64,000 bases of DNA from Pseudomonadota bacterium (GTDB lineage Bacteria; Pseudomonadota; Gammaproteobacteria; Pseudomonadales; Moraxellaceae): positions 171,357-235,356 of the forward strand of contig JBBTCA010000001.1 of NCBI GenBank assembly GCA_038043385.1. The letters are read 5' to 3'. Position numbers and translations under genes: made by a program. The notes below the pieces were generated by a model. That model searched no databases and was not told the DNA's origin. It saw only the letters and a list, made by a program, of their open reading frames with translations. Each line of letters starts with the position of its first letter. The stretch's first letter is position 1. This document shows positions 10,415-19,387 of the stretch, piece after piece.

Positions 10415-11053
10415 ATGACCGATCTGGCGCGTGCAACGCAAAAAGCCCGTGAGTTTCGTCAACGAGAGCAGTCCATTCTGGACTGTGCTCAGGCACTGTT
10501 CATCGAACATGGTGAAGACAAAGTCACCGTGGAGATGATCGCGGACAAGGTCGGCATTGGCAAAGGCACCATCTACAAGCACTTCGAGACCAAGAACGAG
10601 ATTTATCTGCTGCTGATGATTCGTTACGAGGAAGTGCTGGCTGATCTCTTCCGTCGCATCGATATTTCCCAGGATAAACAGTCGCTGGTACGCGAATACT
10701 TCACCTTCCGAGTGCGCGATGCCGATCAATACCTGCTGTTTGATCGCTTGGAAAGCAAGCTGGTGGCTGACAAGGTCGTGCCGGCGCTGGTGGAGAAGCT
10801 GCACGCCATCCGTGCCGCCAACTTCGAGAAGCTTTGCGCAATGGTCGATGGCCAGATCAAGGCCGGCAAGCTCGCCGATGTGCCGCCGCAATACCATATC
10901 GCCGCTGCCTGGGCGCTGGCACACGGCGCATCGGCGCTGACCAAGTCCGGCTTCTATGCCGACTTCATCGGCGAGCAGGAGCCGTTTCTGGATTTCTTGC
11001 TGAATGTGGCCGTGCGCATGGGCAACAAGCGCGTGCTGGGCATGTCTAGCTGA
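10415..11053 (+). CDS. TetR/AcrR family transcriptional regulator
   Basis: N-terminal HTH IADKVGIGKGTIYKHFETK; GAGGAG RBS. Confidence 0.9.
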   Translation: MTDLARATQKAREFRQREQSILDCAQALFIEHGEDKVTVEMIADKVGIGKGTIYKHFETKNEIYLLLMIRYEEVLADLFRRIDISQDKQSLVREYFTFRVRDADQYLLFDRLESKLVADKVVPALVEKLHAIRAANFEKLCAMVDGQIKAGKLADVPPQYHIAAAWALAHGASALTKSGFYADFIGEQEPFLDFLLNVAVRMGNKRVLGMSS

Positions 11054-11217
11054 TGTGATATCGCCAGCCAAGACTCGTCTGTCAGGCTTGATGTGCCGGC
11101 CGGTTATTGACCGAACCGGCCTCAGACGGCAAGATAGCGGGCCTTTTGGGGGCTCATGCGTTGCGTGAGTGCCCTGGCTGAACTCTTATTCGTTCATCAA
11201 TGTAAGCTGAGGATTCC

Positions 11218-11964
11218 ATGAAGGTTCTGGTAGCTGTCAAACGCGTTGTCGATTACAACGTAAAAGTTCGCGTGAAAGCGGACAAGACGGGTGTTGAACT
11301 CGCCAACGTAAAAATGGCGATGAACCCGTTCTGCGAAATCGCGGTCGAAGAAGCCGTGCGTCTTAAAGAGAAAGGCATCGCCACTGAAATCGTGGTTGTG
11401 TCTGTTGGCCCGACCAATGCCCAGGAACAGCTGCGTACGGCCATGGCCCTCGGCGCTGATCGCGGCATTCTGGTTGAAGCGGCTGATGCCGAACCGCTGG
11501 CCATTGCCAAACTGCTGAAAGCCATCTGCGACCAGGAACAGCCGGGTCTGGTGATTCTTGGCAAGCAAGCCATCGACGGCGACAACAACCAGACTGGCCA
11601 GATGCTGGCTGCGCTGGCTGGCTATGCCCAGGGTACTTTCGCATCGATCGTTAAGGTCGATGGCAACAAGGCCCAGGTTACGCGTGAAGTCGACGGCGGT
11701 CTGCAGACCGTTGAGCTGGCACTGCCGGCCGTGGTCACCACCGACCTGCGCTTGAACGAACCGCGCTACGCCTCGCTGCCGAACATCATGAAGGCCAAGA
11801 AGAAGCCGCTGGACATCAAGTCCCCGGCCGACTACGGCGTTGATGTATCCCCGCGTGTGAAGACCCTCAAGGTCGAAGCACCGGCCGAGCGTTCCGCCGG
11901 CATCAAGGTCAAGACCATCGAAGAGCTGGTCGAAAAGCTGAAGAACGAAGCGAAGGTGATCTGA
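11218..11964 (+). CDS. etfB: electron transfer flavoprotein beta subunit
   Basis: [54 protein letters not shown]. Confidence 0.97.
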   Translation: MKVLVAVKRVVDYNVKVRVKADKTGVELANVKMAMNPFCEIAVEEAVRLKEKGIATEIVVVSVGPTNAQEQLRTAMALGADRGILVEAADAEPLAIAKLLKAICDQEQPGLVILGKQAIDGDNNQTGQMLAALAGYAQGTFASIVKVDGNKAQVTREVDGGLQTVELALPAVVTTDLRLNEPRYASLPNIMKAKKKPLDIKSPADYGVDVSPRVKTLKVEAPAERSAGIKVKTIEELVEKLKNEAKVI

Positions 11965-11966
11965 TC

Positions 11967-12896
11967 ATGGCTATTCTCGTTATTGCTGAACACGACAACG
12001 CCGCTATCAAGGGCGCCACGCTGAACACCGTTGCTGCGGCCAAGGCCATCGGCGGCGACATCCATGTGCTGGTTGCCGGTGCCGGTTGTGGCGCTGCTGC
12101 TGCCGCTGCTGCCCAGATCGCTGGCGTGAGCAAGGTACTAGTTGCTGACAATGCCGCTTACGCGCATCAGCTCGCTGAAAATGTGTCGCTGCTGGTTGCC
12201 GAGCTGGGCAAGGGCTACAGCCACATCCTGGCGCCTGCCACCAGCAACGGCAAGAACACCCTGCCGCGCGTTGCTGCGCTGCTCGATGTTGCGCAGATTT
12301 CGGAAATCTCCAAGGTGGTCTCGGCTGACACTTTCGAGCGCCCGATCTACGCTGGCAACGCCATCGCCACCGTGCAGTCTTCGGACAGCATCAAGGTCAT
12401 CACCGTGCGCCCGACAGGCTTCGATGCCGTTGCCGCCACCGGTGGTTCGGCTTCGACTGAAGCCGTTGCGTCCGCACAAGACGCTGGCACTTCCTCGTTC
12501 GTGAGCGAAGAGCTGGCCAAGCTCGATCGTCCGGAACTGGCCGGTGCCAAGATCGTCGTTTCCGGCGGTCGCGGTATGGGCAACGGTGACAACTTCAAGA
12601 TCCTCTACACCCTGGCTGACAAGCTCGGTGCTGCCGTTGGTGCCTCGCGCGCTGCCGTCGACGCCGGCTTCGTGCCGAACGACATGCAGGTCGGTCAGAC
12701 CGGTAAGGTCGTCGCGCCGCAGCTCTACATCGCCGTGGGCATCTCCGGTGCCATCCAGCATCTGGCCGGCATGAAGGACTCCAAGGTGATCGTTGCGATC
12801 AACAAGGACGAAGAAGCACCGATTTTCTCCGTTGCCGACTACGGCATCGTGGGCGATCTGTTCGACCTCGTTCCGCAGCTGGAAAAGCTGGTCTGA
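11967..12896 (+). CDS. etfA: electron transfer flavoprotein alpha subunit
   Basis: [45 protein letters not shown]. Confidence 0.97.
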   Translation: MAILVIAEHDNAAIKGATLNTVAAAKAIGGDIHVLVAGAGCGAAAAAAAQIAGVSKVLVADNAAYAHQLAENVSLLVAELGKGYSHILAPATSNGKNTLPRVAALLDVAQISEISKVVSADTFERPIYAGNAIATVQSSDSIKVITVRPTGFDAVAATGGSASTEAVASAQDAGTSSFVSEELAKLDRPELAGAKIVVSGGRGMGNGDNFKILYTLADKLGAAVGASRAAVDAGFVPNDMQVGQTGKVVAPQLYIAVGISGAIQHLAGMKDSKVIVAINKDEEAPIFSVADYGIVGDLFDLVPQLEKLV

Positions 12897-12919
12897 TCGA
12901 CCGCTAGACCAAGCTGACG

Positions 12920-12954
12920 AAAAGGCCGCGCCGGGTAACCGGGGCGGCCTTTTT
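12920..12954. terminator. bidirectional rho-independent terminator between etfA and convergent ORF
   Basis: AAAAGGCCGC...GCGGCCTTTT GC-rich stem flanked by A- and T-runs. Confidence 0.8.
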
Positions 12955-13017
12955 CATGGGCGTTTTTTATGCGTTCGGTGCAATGCCGTGCAGTATTTCA
13001 GCGGCTCCCGCCAGATT

Positions 13018-13830
13018 TCAGCTGCCGCGTAAGCCCACCTTCATATCCAGCCGACCGCTCTGCACGCTCAAGTCCTTGACCTCGATCTGATTGACCAGCT
13101 GCTGCAGCCAGTCCTGGCTTTCCTGCAGCAGGTTCAGGCCAGGCAGGATGTTGCGATCGCCGAGGCTGACCAGTTTCTCCATGAACCAGGAGCGGTTGTT
13201 GAGGAAGTCGATCATGCCTGCTTCGGCCAGGTTCAGTCGCCATTGCTTGATGCCTTCGCGATGCAGGCCGGGAATGTGGCTGACGATCTGTTGCGTGAGC
13301 GATGGCAAGGGCAGTTTGCTGGCGAGCTGGAACGCGCCCTGGCCGAGGTGGCGGGTGGCCCAGTTCACCAGCATCGGCGCTTGTCGCCATTGCACATCCA
13401 GCGCCTGCTCGAGCTGTTGGAAGCGCATGAAGGGGGTGTCGCCGGTGAGCTGGCATTCCTTGACCATGACGGACAGCGTGAGCGTGTAGACCATGCGCTG
13501 GAAGTGGCCGTCGAGCTTGATGTCGAAGCGGTCGGGCAGGCAGTCGACCTGGATGTAGTCGATGTGCGGGTTGTCTTTCAGGCGGGCGCGAACCTGCTGG
13601 TTGAGCAGGGCTTCGGGCAGGGGCAGGGTCAGTGTGGAGTGGCGCAGATAGCGTTGCGCCAAGGCTAGCGCGGTGTCGCGCGTGCCCTGCGAGGCTTTGC
13701 CGACGGCTTCCTGCACGCCAACGACGGTGCTGCCCAGCGCTTGCTTGGCGATGTCGCGTGCAGTCTCTGCGGCAATGCCGGCGAGGCCGAAGGCCTGAGC
13801 GAAGGGGCTGGGCTTTTTCTCGTCTGCCAT
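13018..13830 (-). CDS. hypothetical protein
   Basis: ~270-aa ORF starting MADEKKPSPF after an AGAGG RBS; fills the gap between terminator and AraC gene; no motif recognised. Confidence 0.7.
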   Translation of the reverse strand: MADEKKPSPFAQAFGLAGIAAETARDIAKQALGSTVVGVQEAVGKASQGTRDTALALAQRYLRHSTLTLPLPEALLNQQVRARLKDNPHIDYIQVDCLPDRFDIKLDGHFQRMVYTLTLSVMVKECQLTGDTPFMRFQQLEQALDVQWRQAPMLVNWATRHLGQGAFQLASKLPLPSLTQQIVSHIPGLHREGIKQWRLNLAEAGMIDFLNNRSWFMEKLVSLGDRNILPGLNLLQESQDWLQQLVNQIEVKDLSVQSGRLDMKVGLRGS

Positions 13831-13932
13831 GATGCGGCCTCTGTGTGCTGATTTGCTGGCGCGGCGCTGGGTATAGCGCGGGCTATCCAACCGGTTATAC
13901 ACAAGCGCGGCAGCAGAGGGCAGTGTTCTCGG

Positions 13933-14958
13933 CTAGCTGCCCGACGGGTTGCGCCGATACAGACCGGGCGTGGTGCCGGTCCAGCGCTTGAAGGCGCGAT
14001 TGAAGTTGGCGACATCGGAGTAGCCGAGCTGCTCGGCGATGCGCTCCTGGTTCTGTCGTGGGTCGTCCAGCAGCAGGATGGCCTTTTGCCGGCGCAAGTC
14101 TTCGAGAATGTCCGTGAAGGTGGTGCCTTCGAGCGCGAGCTGGCGCTTCAGCGTGCGCTCCGACATGTGCAGGTCGCCGGCCACGGCTTCGACGCCGCGA
14201 AAACCTTCGTCCTCACGATAGATCAGCTCGCGCACCTCGCGCACGAAGCGGTTGTGCAGGCCGATGGCGACCAGCTCGCGCTCACATTGCTCCACGGCCA
14301 GCTGCATGGAGGCGGCGTCGGCCATGACCAGCGGCAGGTCGAGGTAGGCGGCATCGAAGGAGATGCGGTTACAGGACTGCCCGAACTTGATCTGCGCCGG
14401 CAGGATGTAACGAAACTCCTCGAAGCGCGGGTTCTCGGGGATATCGATGTCGGCCTCGCCGTACAGCGTCTCGCCGGTGATGACCTGCGCCATCTGCCCG
14501 AGGCCGACCATGAGCGCGGCTACGGCGGCATCGCGCAGGGGCTGCTGGGTCACGGCGGTGTCGAGGTAGAGGTGGGCGCGGTCGCCATCGCGCTCCAGGC
14601 GCAGGGCAAAGCCCATGAGACGCAGGCTGATGAAGCGCTCGGCCAGCTCCAGCGCCTGCGCCACGGTATCCGCGGTCATCGCCGCGAAGCCGATGAAGCC
14701 GTGGCTGGACAGCTTCATCTGCATGCCGATGTAGAACGGCAGGCCGGGCTCGCCGGTCAGCGCCAGCGCCTGCTCGTAGAGGCCGTTGACGGTATCCAGC
14801 GGGATGCGCGTGGTCGGCGCGGTGAGCATCTGCCGGGTCAGGCCAAAAGGCTCTAGCAGCGTTTCTTCGGCGATATGCCAGCGCTTCAGCACATCAAGCA
14901 CGAGCAATGCGTAGGCAGCGGGCAGGCCGGGGGTGGTATCGGTAGCAGATCGTGACAT
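13933..14958 (-). CDS. AraC family regulator (OruR/ArgR-like ligand domain)
   Basis: C-terminal double HTH MSERTLKRQL...IAEQLGYSDVANFNRAFKRWTG; N-terminal SHGFIGFAAMT. Confidence 0.9.
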   Translation of the reverse strand: MSRSATDTTPGLPAAYALLVLDVLKRWHIAEETLLEPFGLTRQMLTAPTTRIPLDTVNGLYEQALALTGEPGLPFYIGMQMKLSSHGFIGFAAMTADTVAQALELAERFISLRLMGFALRLERDGDRAHLYLDTAVTQQPLRDAAVAALMVGLGQMAQVITGETLYGEADIDIPENPRFEEFRYILPAQIKFGQSCNRISFDAAYLDLPLVMADAASMQLAVEQCERELVAIGLHNRFVREVRELIYREDEGFRGVEAVAGDLHMSERTLKRQLALEGTTFTDILEDLRRQKAILLLDDPRQNQERIAEQLGYSDVANFNRAFKRWTGTTPGLYRRNPSGS

Positions 14959-15069
14959 CAGCGAATGGCACATAAGGACAAGAAGTTGTCCCAAAATAAC
15001 CTGCTACTGCCGGCGGGTCAAAGGCACAGTTCGTCTTGCCCAATATGTATTTTTTTCTGGAGAGGCAAA

Positions 15070-15996
15070 ATGACTTCACTGAACACGACTGCGATGAGCA
15101 ATGCTGCCGCCACGACTGTGCCCCCGTCGGATGCGCCGCGTCAGCCCCTGGGTGCCAAGGTCGGTATTCCGCCGCGCCGTGTGGCGCTCGATTTCAGCAA
15201 ATCCGAAGGCGGCTATTGGTATGCCGACAGCCCGTTCCTGACCTATTTCTGGTCGGCATTCTCGGTGCTGCTGCCGGAAGGCGAACAGTTCTTTGTGGAA
15301 GCGGTGCGTCACTATCGTGACCAGATCACCGACGAGAACCTGAAGGCTGGCATCTCCGGCTTCATCGGCCAGGAAGCGCTGCACACGCAGGGCCACCAGG
15401 TGCTGAACCAGTTCATCAACGACAAGAAGCTGCCGGCGCATGAGCTGGAAGCCCAGCTCAAGCTGCTGCTGGATACTGTCGCCAAGATTCACCCGCGTCT
15501 GAATCTGGCTGCGACGATCTGTCTGGAGCATTTCACTGCGCTGATGGGCGAACAGCTGCTGGCTGAAGTCGATCATCACATGAGCGCGCGTGAAGACATC
15601 CGTCCGCTGTGGATGTGGCATGCGTTGGAAGAGACCGAGCACAAGGCCGTGGCCTGGGATGTGTATGAGCAGACCGGCGGTGGCTATGTGGTTCGTGCCG
15701 GCACTATGGTCATCACCACCGCCGTGCTGGGCGCCGTGATGGCCTATGCCACGGGTCGTCTGCTGGCGGCTGATGGTCAGCTCTTTAATGTGCGTGACAA
15801 TGTGAAGGGTGTGCGTGCGCTGTTCGGTCGCCAGGGTCGCATGACGCGCCTGCTGCCGAAGTTCCTGGACTTCTTCCGCCCGGACTTCCACCCGAACGAT
15901 CACGATACCAAGGCGCTGGTGACCGAGTGGCGCGAGAAGCTGTTTGGTGCCGATGGCGAGATGAATCATCTGCTGAAGGGCAAGACGGTGCACTAA
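15070..15996 (+). CDS. 'metal-dependent hydrolase' family protein (ferritin-like ExxH motifs)
   Basis: LPEGEQFFVEAVR, FIGQEALH, LEHFTA, WHALEETEHKAVAWDVY. Confidence 0.85.
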   Translation: MTSLNTTAMSNAAATTVPPSDAPRQPLGAKVGIPPRRVALDFSKSEGGYWYADSPFLTYFWSAFSVLLPEGEQFFVEAVRHYRDQITDENLKAGISGFIGQEALHTQGHQVLNQFINDKKLPAHELEAQLKLLLDTVAKIHPRLNLAATICLEHFTALMGEQLLAEVDHHMSAREDIRPLWMWHALEETEHKAVAWDVYEQTGGGYVVRAGTMVITTAVLGAVMAYATGRLLAADGQLFNVRDNVKGVRALFGRQGRMTRLLPKFLDFFRPDFHPNDHDTKALVTEWREKLFGADGEMNHLLKGKTVH

Positions 15997-16025
15997 GCGA
16001 CTGTTTAGGTTTTGCGGGAACGGTT

Positions 16026-16059
16026 AGCCGCCCTGATGTGAGTCAGGGCGGTTTTTTTT
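16026..16059 (+). terminator. rho-independent terminator
   Basis: GCCGCCCTGA-TGTGAG-TCAGGGCGGT stem followed by a T-run. Confidence 0.8.
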
Positions 16060-16082
16060 CGGCTGCGATTTGGCGGGCGTGT

Positions 16083-17291
16083 TCAAGCCCTCGCGATCTT
16101 CTGCTCGGTCGAGCCCCCCGGAAATGACATGCGCGTGAGCTTGATCAGTGTGGTGCCGAACTGGCGGGTCAGCGAGCCCTTGTTATAAGGCAGGCCGTAG
16201 CGCGCGCACAGCGCCTGTACGCGCTGCGAGATTTCCGGGTAGCGGCTGCTTGGCAGATCGGGGAATAGGTGATGTTCGATCTGGTAGCTGAGGTTGCCGG
16301 CAAACAGGTCGAAGGTGCGGCTGCCCTTGATGTTGCAGGAGCTGAGCAGCTGCCGGATGTACCAGCGGGCGCGCGTCTCGTCTTCGACTTGGGATTCGGT
16401 GAAGTTGTAGGTGCCTTCGGGGAAATGCCCGCAGAAGATGATGGTGAAGGCCCAAACATTGCGGATCAGATTGGCCACGACATTGGCTATCAGCACATAC
16501 AGAAAGACCTCGGGCAGGATGTCTGGCGTGAGGCCGAGCACGGGAATGTAGCCGCTGAGGCGAATCGGGATGGCGACCAGCAGGCCCACCAGCGGCCAGG
16601 CGATGTAGTCTTTGCGCGCTTGGCGCCACATCTTGCGGCCGATGTTGGCGAATACTGTGGCGGTCTGGCTGAAGCTGCGCTTGCCGCGCATCCACTCGTC
16701 CACATGGTCGTCGTGCAGGGCCACGGCCCATTCGAACAGCATCATGATGAAGAAGACATAGATCATCTGCGGCAAAAACAGCGGGTTCCATTTCTGCAGC
16801 GGTGTGACGCGTAGCACGCCGTAGCCGACATCGAGATCCTTGCCGACCACATTGGTCCAGGTGTGATGCACGATGTTGTGCGATTTCATCCAGGTGTCGG
16901 ACGGGCAGGTGTTGTCCCACTCCCAGGTGCTGGAGTGGATGCTCGGGTCTTTCATCCAGTCCCATTGCGCGTGCAGCACATTGTGGCCCAGCTCCATGTT
17001 CTCCAGGATCTTGGCCATGCCGAGCAGGAGCGTGCCGACGCCGAACAGGCTCAGCATGACGGTCTGCCCGGCCCAGGCGTGCTGCCACAGCGGGTGAAAG
17101 AACAGGCCGGCGAAGATGATCATGCGCGATACGAAGTCCATGCTGCGGTGCAGCTTGATGACGCGCAGGATGTACTTGCGGTCTTTGTCGCCGAGGGCGT
17201 CGAGCGTGTCTTCGCGGATGGCGTCCATCTCGCGGCCGAACTCTTCCAGTTCGGCGTCGTTCAGGGCAACAGGCAGCGTATGGGTCTTCAT
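16083..17291 (-). CDS. acyl-CoA fatty acid desaturase (DesB/DesA3-like)
   Basis: His boxes ENMELGHNVLH, HNIVHHTWTN, QIEHHLFPDLP; true start MKTHTL at 17291. Confidence 0.92.
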   Translation of the reverse strand: MKTHTLPVALNDAELEEFGREMDAIREDTLDALGDKDRKYILRVIKLHRSMDFVSRMIIFAGLFFHPLWQHAWAGQTVMLSLFGVGTLLLGMAKILENMELGHNVLHAQWDWMKDPSIHSSTWEWDNTCPSDTWMKSHNIVHHTWTNVVGKDLDVGYGVLRVTPLQKWNPLFLPQMIYVFFIMMLFEWAVALHDDHVDEWMRGKRSFSQTATVFANIGRKMWRQARKDYIAWPLVGLLVAIPIRLSGYIPVLGLTPDILPEVFLYVLIANVVANLIRNVWAFTIIFCGHFPEGTYNFTESQVEDETRARWYIRQLLSSCNIKGSRTFDLFAGNLSYQIEHHLFPDLPSSRYPEISQRVQALCARYGLPYNKGSLTRQFGTTLIKLTRMSFPGGSTEQKIARA

Positions 17292-17320
17292 GGCGTGCTC
17301 CCGAATGAGGGGTCGATGAG

Positions 17321-18436
17321 TCAGAGGTCGATTTCGCAGTCGCCGGCGGCGGCGCAGACGCAAATCTGGATGAGCTGACCGGTCTCGTTGATGACATTGC
17401 CGTTGCGCAGGTCGCGCACGCAGCCGGACTTCAGGGTGGCATCGCAGGTATGGCAGATGCCCATACGACAGCCGTGGGTCGGGTTCAGGCCGGCGTCTTC
17501 GGCGACGCGCAGCAGGTTGGTGGCGCTGTCGGCATCGACCGTGAGGCTGCTGCGCGTGAAGCTGACCTTGCCGCCGGTGGCATCCGCCGGCATTTCGCTG
17601 AAGGCGGCCCGGAAGCGCTCCAGATGCACATGACGCGACAGGCCGGCGTTTTCCCAATTGGCTTCGATGGCGGCGAGCAGCGTGGCCGGGCCGCAGGCAT
17701 AGACCTCGCGCTGACGCCAGTCCGGGCAGAGACTCTGCAATTGCTCGACGGTGAAGCGATTGTTGCCGGTGGGCTGGCCGCCCAGTTCCTGCGTGAACAC
17801 CAGCTTGAGCCGGTAGTGCGGGTGTTTGTCGGCCAGTGCCTTCAGCTCCTGGCCGAAGATCACATCGTAGTCGTGCGGGGCGTAGTGGATGTGCACGCTG
17901 TGCGGCAGGCGGTCGCGCGCGATCAGGCTGCGCAGCATGCTCATGACCGGGGTGATGCCGCTGCCGGCGCTGATGAACAGCGGCCGCACCGGGGTGGCGT
18001 CGGGCAGGGTGAAATCGCCTTGCGGCAGGCCGATGGGCAGGTAGCTGCCGACCTTGATCTGGCGCACCAGATGCGAGGAGATGCGTCCGCCCGGATGTGC
18101 CTTGACGGTGATGGTGATGCAGCCGTCATCGCGCTCGGGTGGCGACGAGATGGTGTAGGTGCGCGTGTAGTGCATGCCGCCGACCGGGATGCCGACGCGC
18201 ACATGCTGGCCGGCACGATGACCGCGCCAGTTCAGGCCGGGGCGCAGGGTGAGCGTGCGGGCATCGCGGGTTTCGTCCCAGACTTTCTCCACGCGGGCTT
18301 GCAGTGCATGTGTCGTCCACAGCGGATTCACCAGCTCCAGGTAGTGCGAGGTTCGTAGTGGCCAGGCCAGCATGTCGGTGAAGTAACTCAGACGGCCGAA
18401 CAGGCTGCCTTGCGGTGATTGCGGGCTCGGTTCCAT
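17321..18436 (-). CDS. ferredoxin reductase-like oxidoreductase partner of desaturase (FNR + 2Fe-2S)
   Basis: RTYTISS FAD motif, GSGITPVMSM, CGP, C-terminal GCRMGICHTC...C cluster motif; upstream of the desaturase on the same strand. Confidence 0.9.
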   Translation of the reverse strand: MEPSPQSPQGSLFGRLSYFTDMLAWPLRTSHYLELVNPLWTTHALQARVEKVWDETRDARTLTLRPGLNWRGHRAGQHVRVGIPVGGMHYTRTYTISSPPERDDGCITITVKAHPGGRISSHLVRQIKVGSYLPIGLPQGDFTLPDATPVRPLFISAGSGITPVMSMLRSLIARDRLPHSVHIHYAPHDYDVIFGQELKALADKHPHYRLKLVFTQELGGQPTGNNRFTVEQLQSLCPDWRQREVYACGPATLLAAIEANWENAGLSRHVHLERFRAAFSEMPADATGGKVSFTRSSLTVDADSATNLLRVAEDAGLNPTHGCRMGICHTCDATLKSGCVRDLRNGNVINETGQLIQICVCAAAGDCEIDL

Positions 18437-18523
18437 GCTGCGCTTCTCATGCTGACCAGGTGGTCATTTTGATAGCACATCGCTGGTCTGGCGTGTGCCG
18501 GTTTCCGATTAGCGGCCTGATCT

Positions 18524-19024
18524 TCAGCCCGGCAGAGATTGCCAGGTCAGGTGCAGGCGCAGGTCGAATTCGAGCTGGGCATAACCCGGCGCCATGTGCT
18601 CGCAGAGCTGGTAGAAGGCTTTGTTGTGATCCAGCTCTTTCAGGTGCGCGAGCTCGTGCACCACGATCATCTTGAGAAATTCCGGCGGCATGGCCTTGAA
18701 CAGCGAGGCGATGCGAATTTCGCGGCTGCTGCGCAGGCGGCCGCCGTGGTTGCGCGATTGTCGCGTGTGCAGGCCGAGCGCGTTCTGGATCACATCGAGC
18801 TTGCTGTCGTAGCAGGTGCGGTCGATGGCGGGAGCATTGCGCAGATGCGTCTGCTTGAGTTCGGTGACATAGGCATGCAGCGCCTTGTCGGACTGAACCG
18901 TGTGGCGCTCCGGGTATTTCCGGCTCAGGTAGTCACCGAGCTGACGGCTCTCGATCAGGCCCGAGACCTTCGCCAGCAAGGGCTCTGGGTATCCGCTCAG
19001 ATAGCGCCAGTGGGGGTTCGACAT
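18524..19024 (-). CDS. M48/YgjP-like metal-dependent hydrolase
   Basis: VVHELAHLKELDHNKAFY (HExxH). Confidence 0.85.
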   Translation of the reverse strand: MSNPHWRYLSGYPEPLLAKVSGLIESRQLGDYLSRKYPERHTVQSDKALHAYVTELKQTHLRNAPAIDRTCYDSKLDVIQNALGLHTRQSRNHGGRLRSSREIRIASLFKAMPPEFLKMIVVHELAHLKELDHNKAFYQLCEHMAPGYAQLEFDLRLHLTWQSLPG

Positions 19025-19387
19025 ACAGGTGTTCCTTGCGTAATGGCAGTGCTTATATAGGTTGGCATCGCTTATGCAACACCACCCTCAGAGCGCCCGG
19101 AAAATCCGTCAAAAAGTTGACGGGCTGCGGCCTGGTGAGGTGCCACATGTTGCCCATGACCCGCATTATCGATGCCAAATTCTGCCTTTGCATCTGTTTC
19201 GTCAAAGGTCTGTTCAAACTCATAGATGAGCTGGATCGCCAGGACATGATTGATGTGCTGACGGTGGAGCAGCGCGCACGATTGGGTTGGTGGGACTATC
19301 AATAGCCTAGCAATTATCCCGCTTGTGACAGTGAGGAATGCCGCGCCTCCGTTATCATGGCTGCTTCACTGGCTTTGAGTAGCGCCG

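Noticed and set aside
11179-11196. TGAAC-N8-GTTCA palindrome upstream of etfB as TetR operator
   Set aside because: Only 5-bp arms and no second copy found; too weak to call.
19036-19305. Three overlapping short ORFs between the YgjP-like gene and the ABC exporter
   Set aside because: No recognisable motif or convincing RBS in any frame; cannot choose one without homology search or Ribo-seq.
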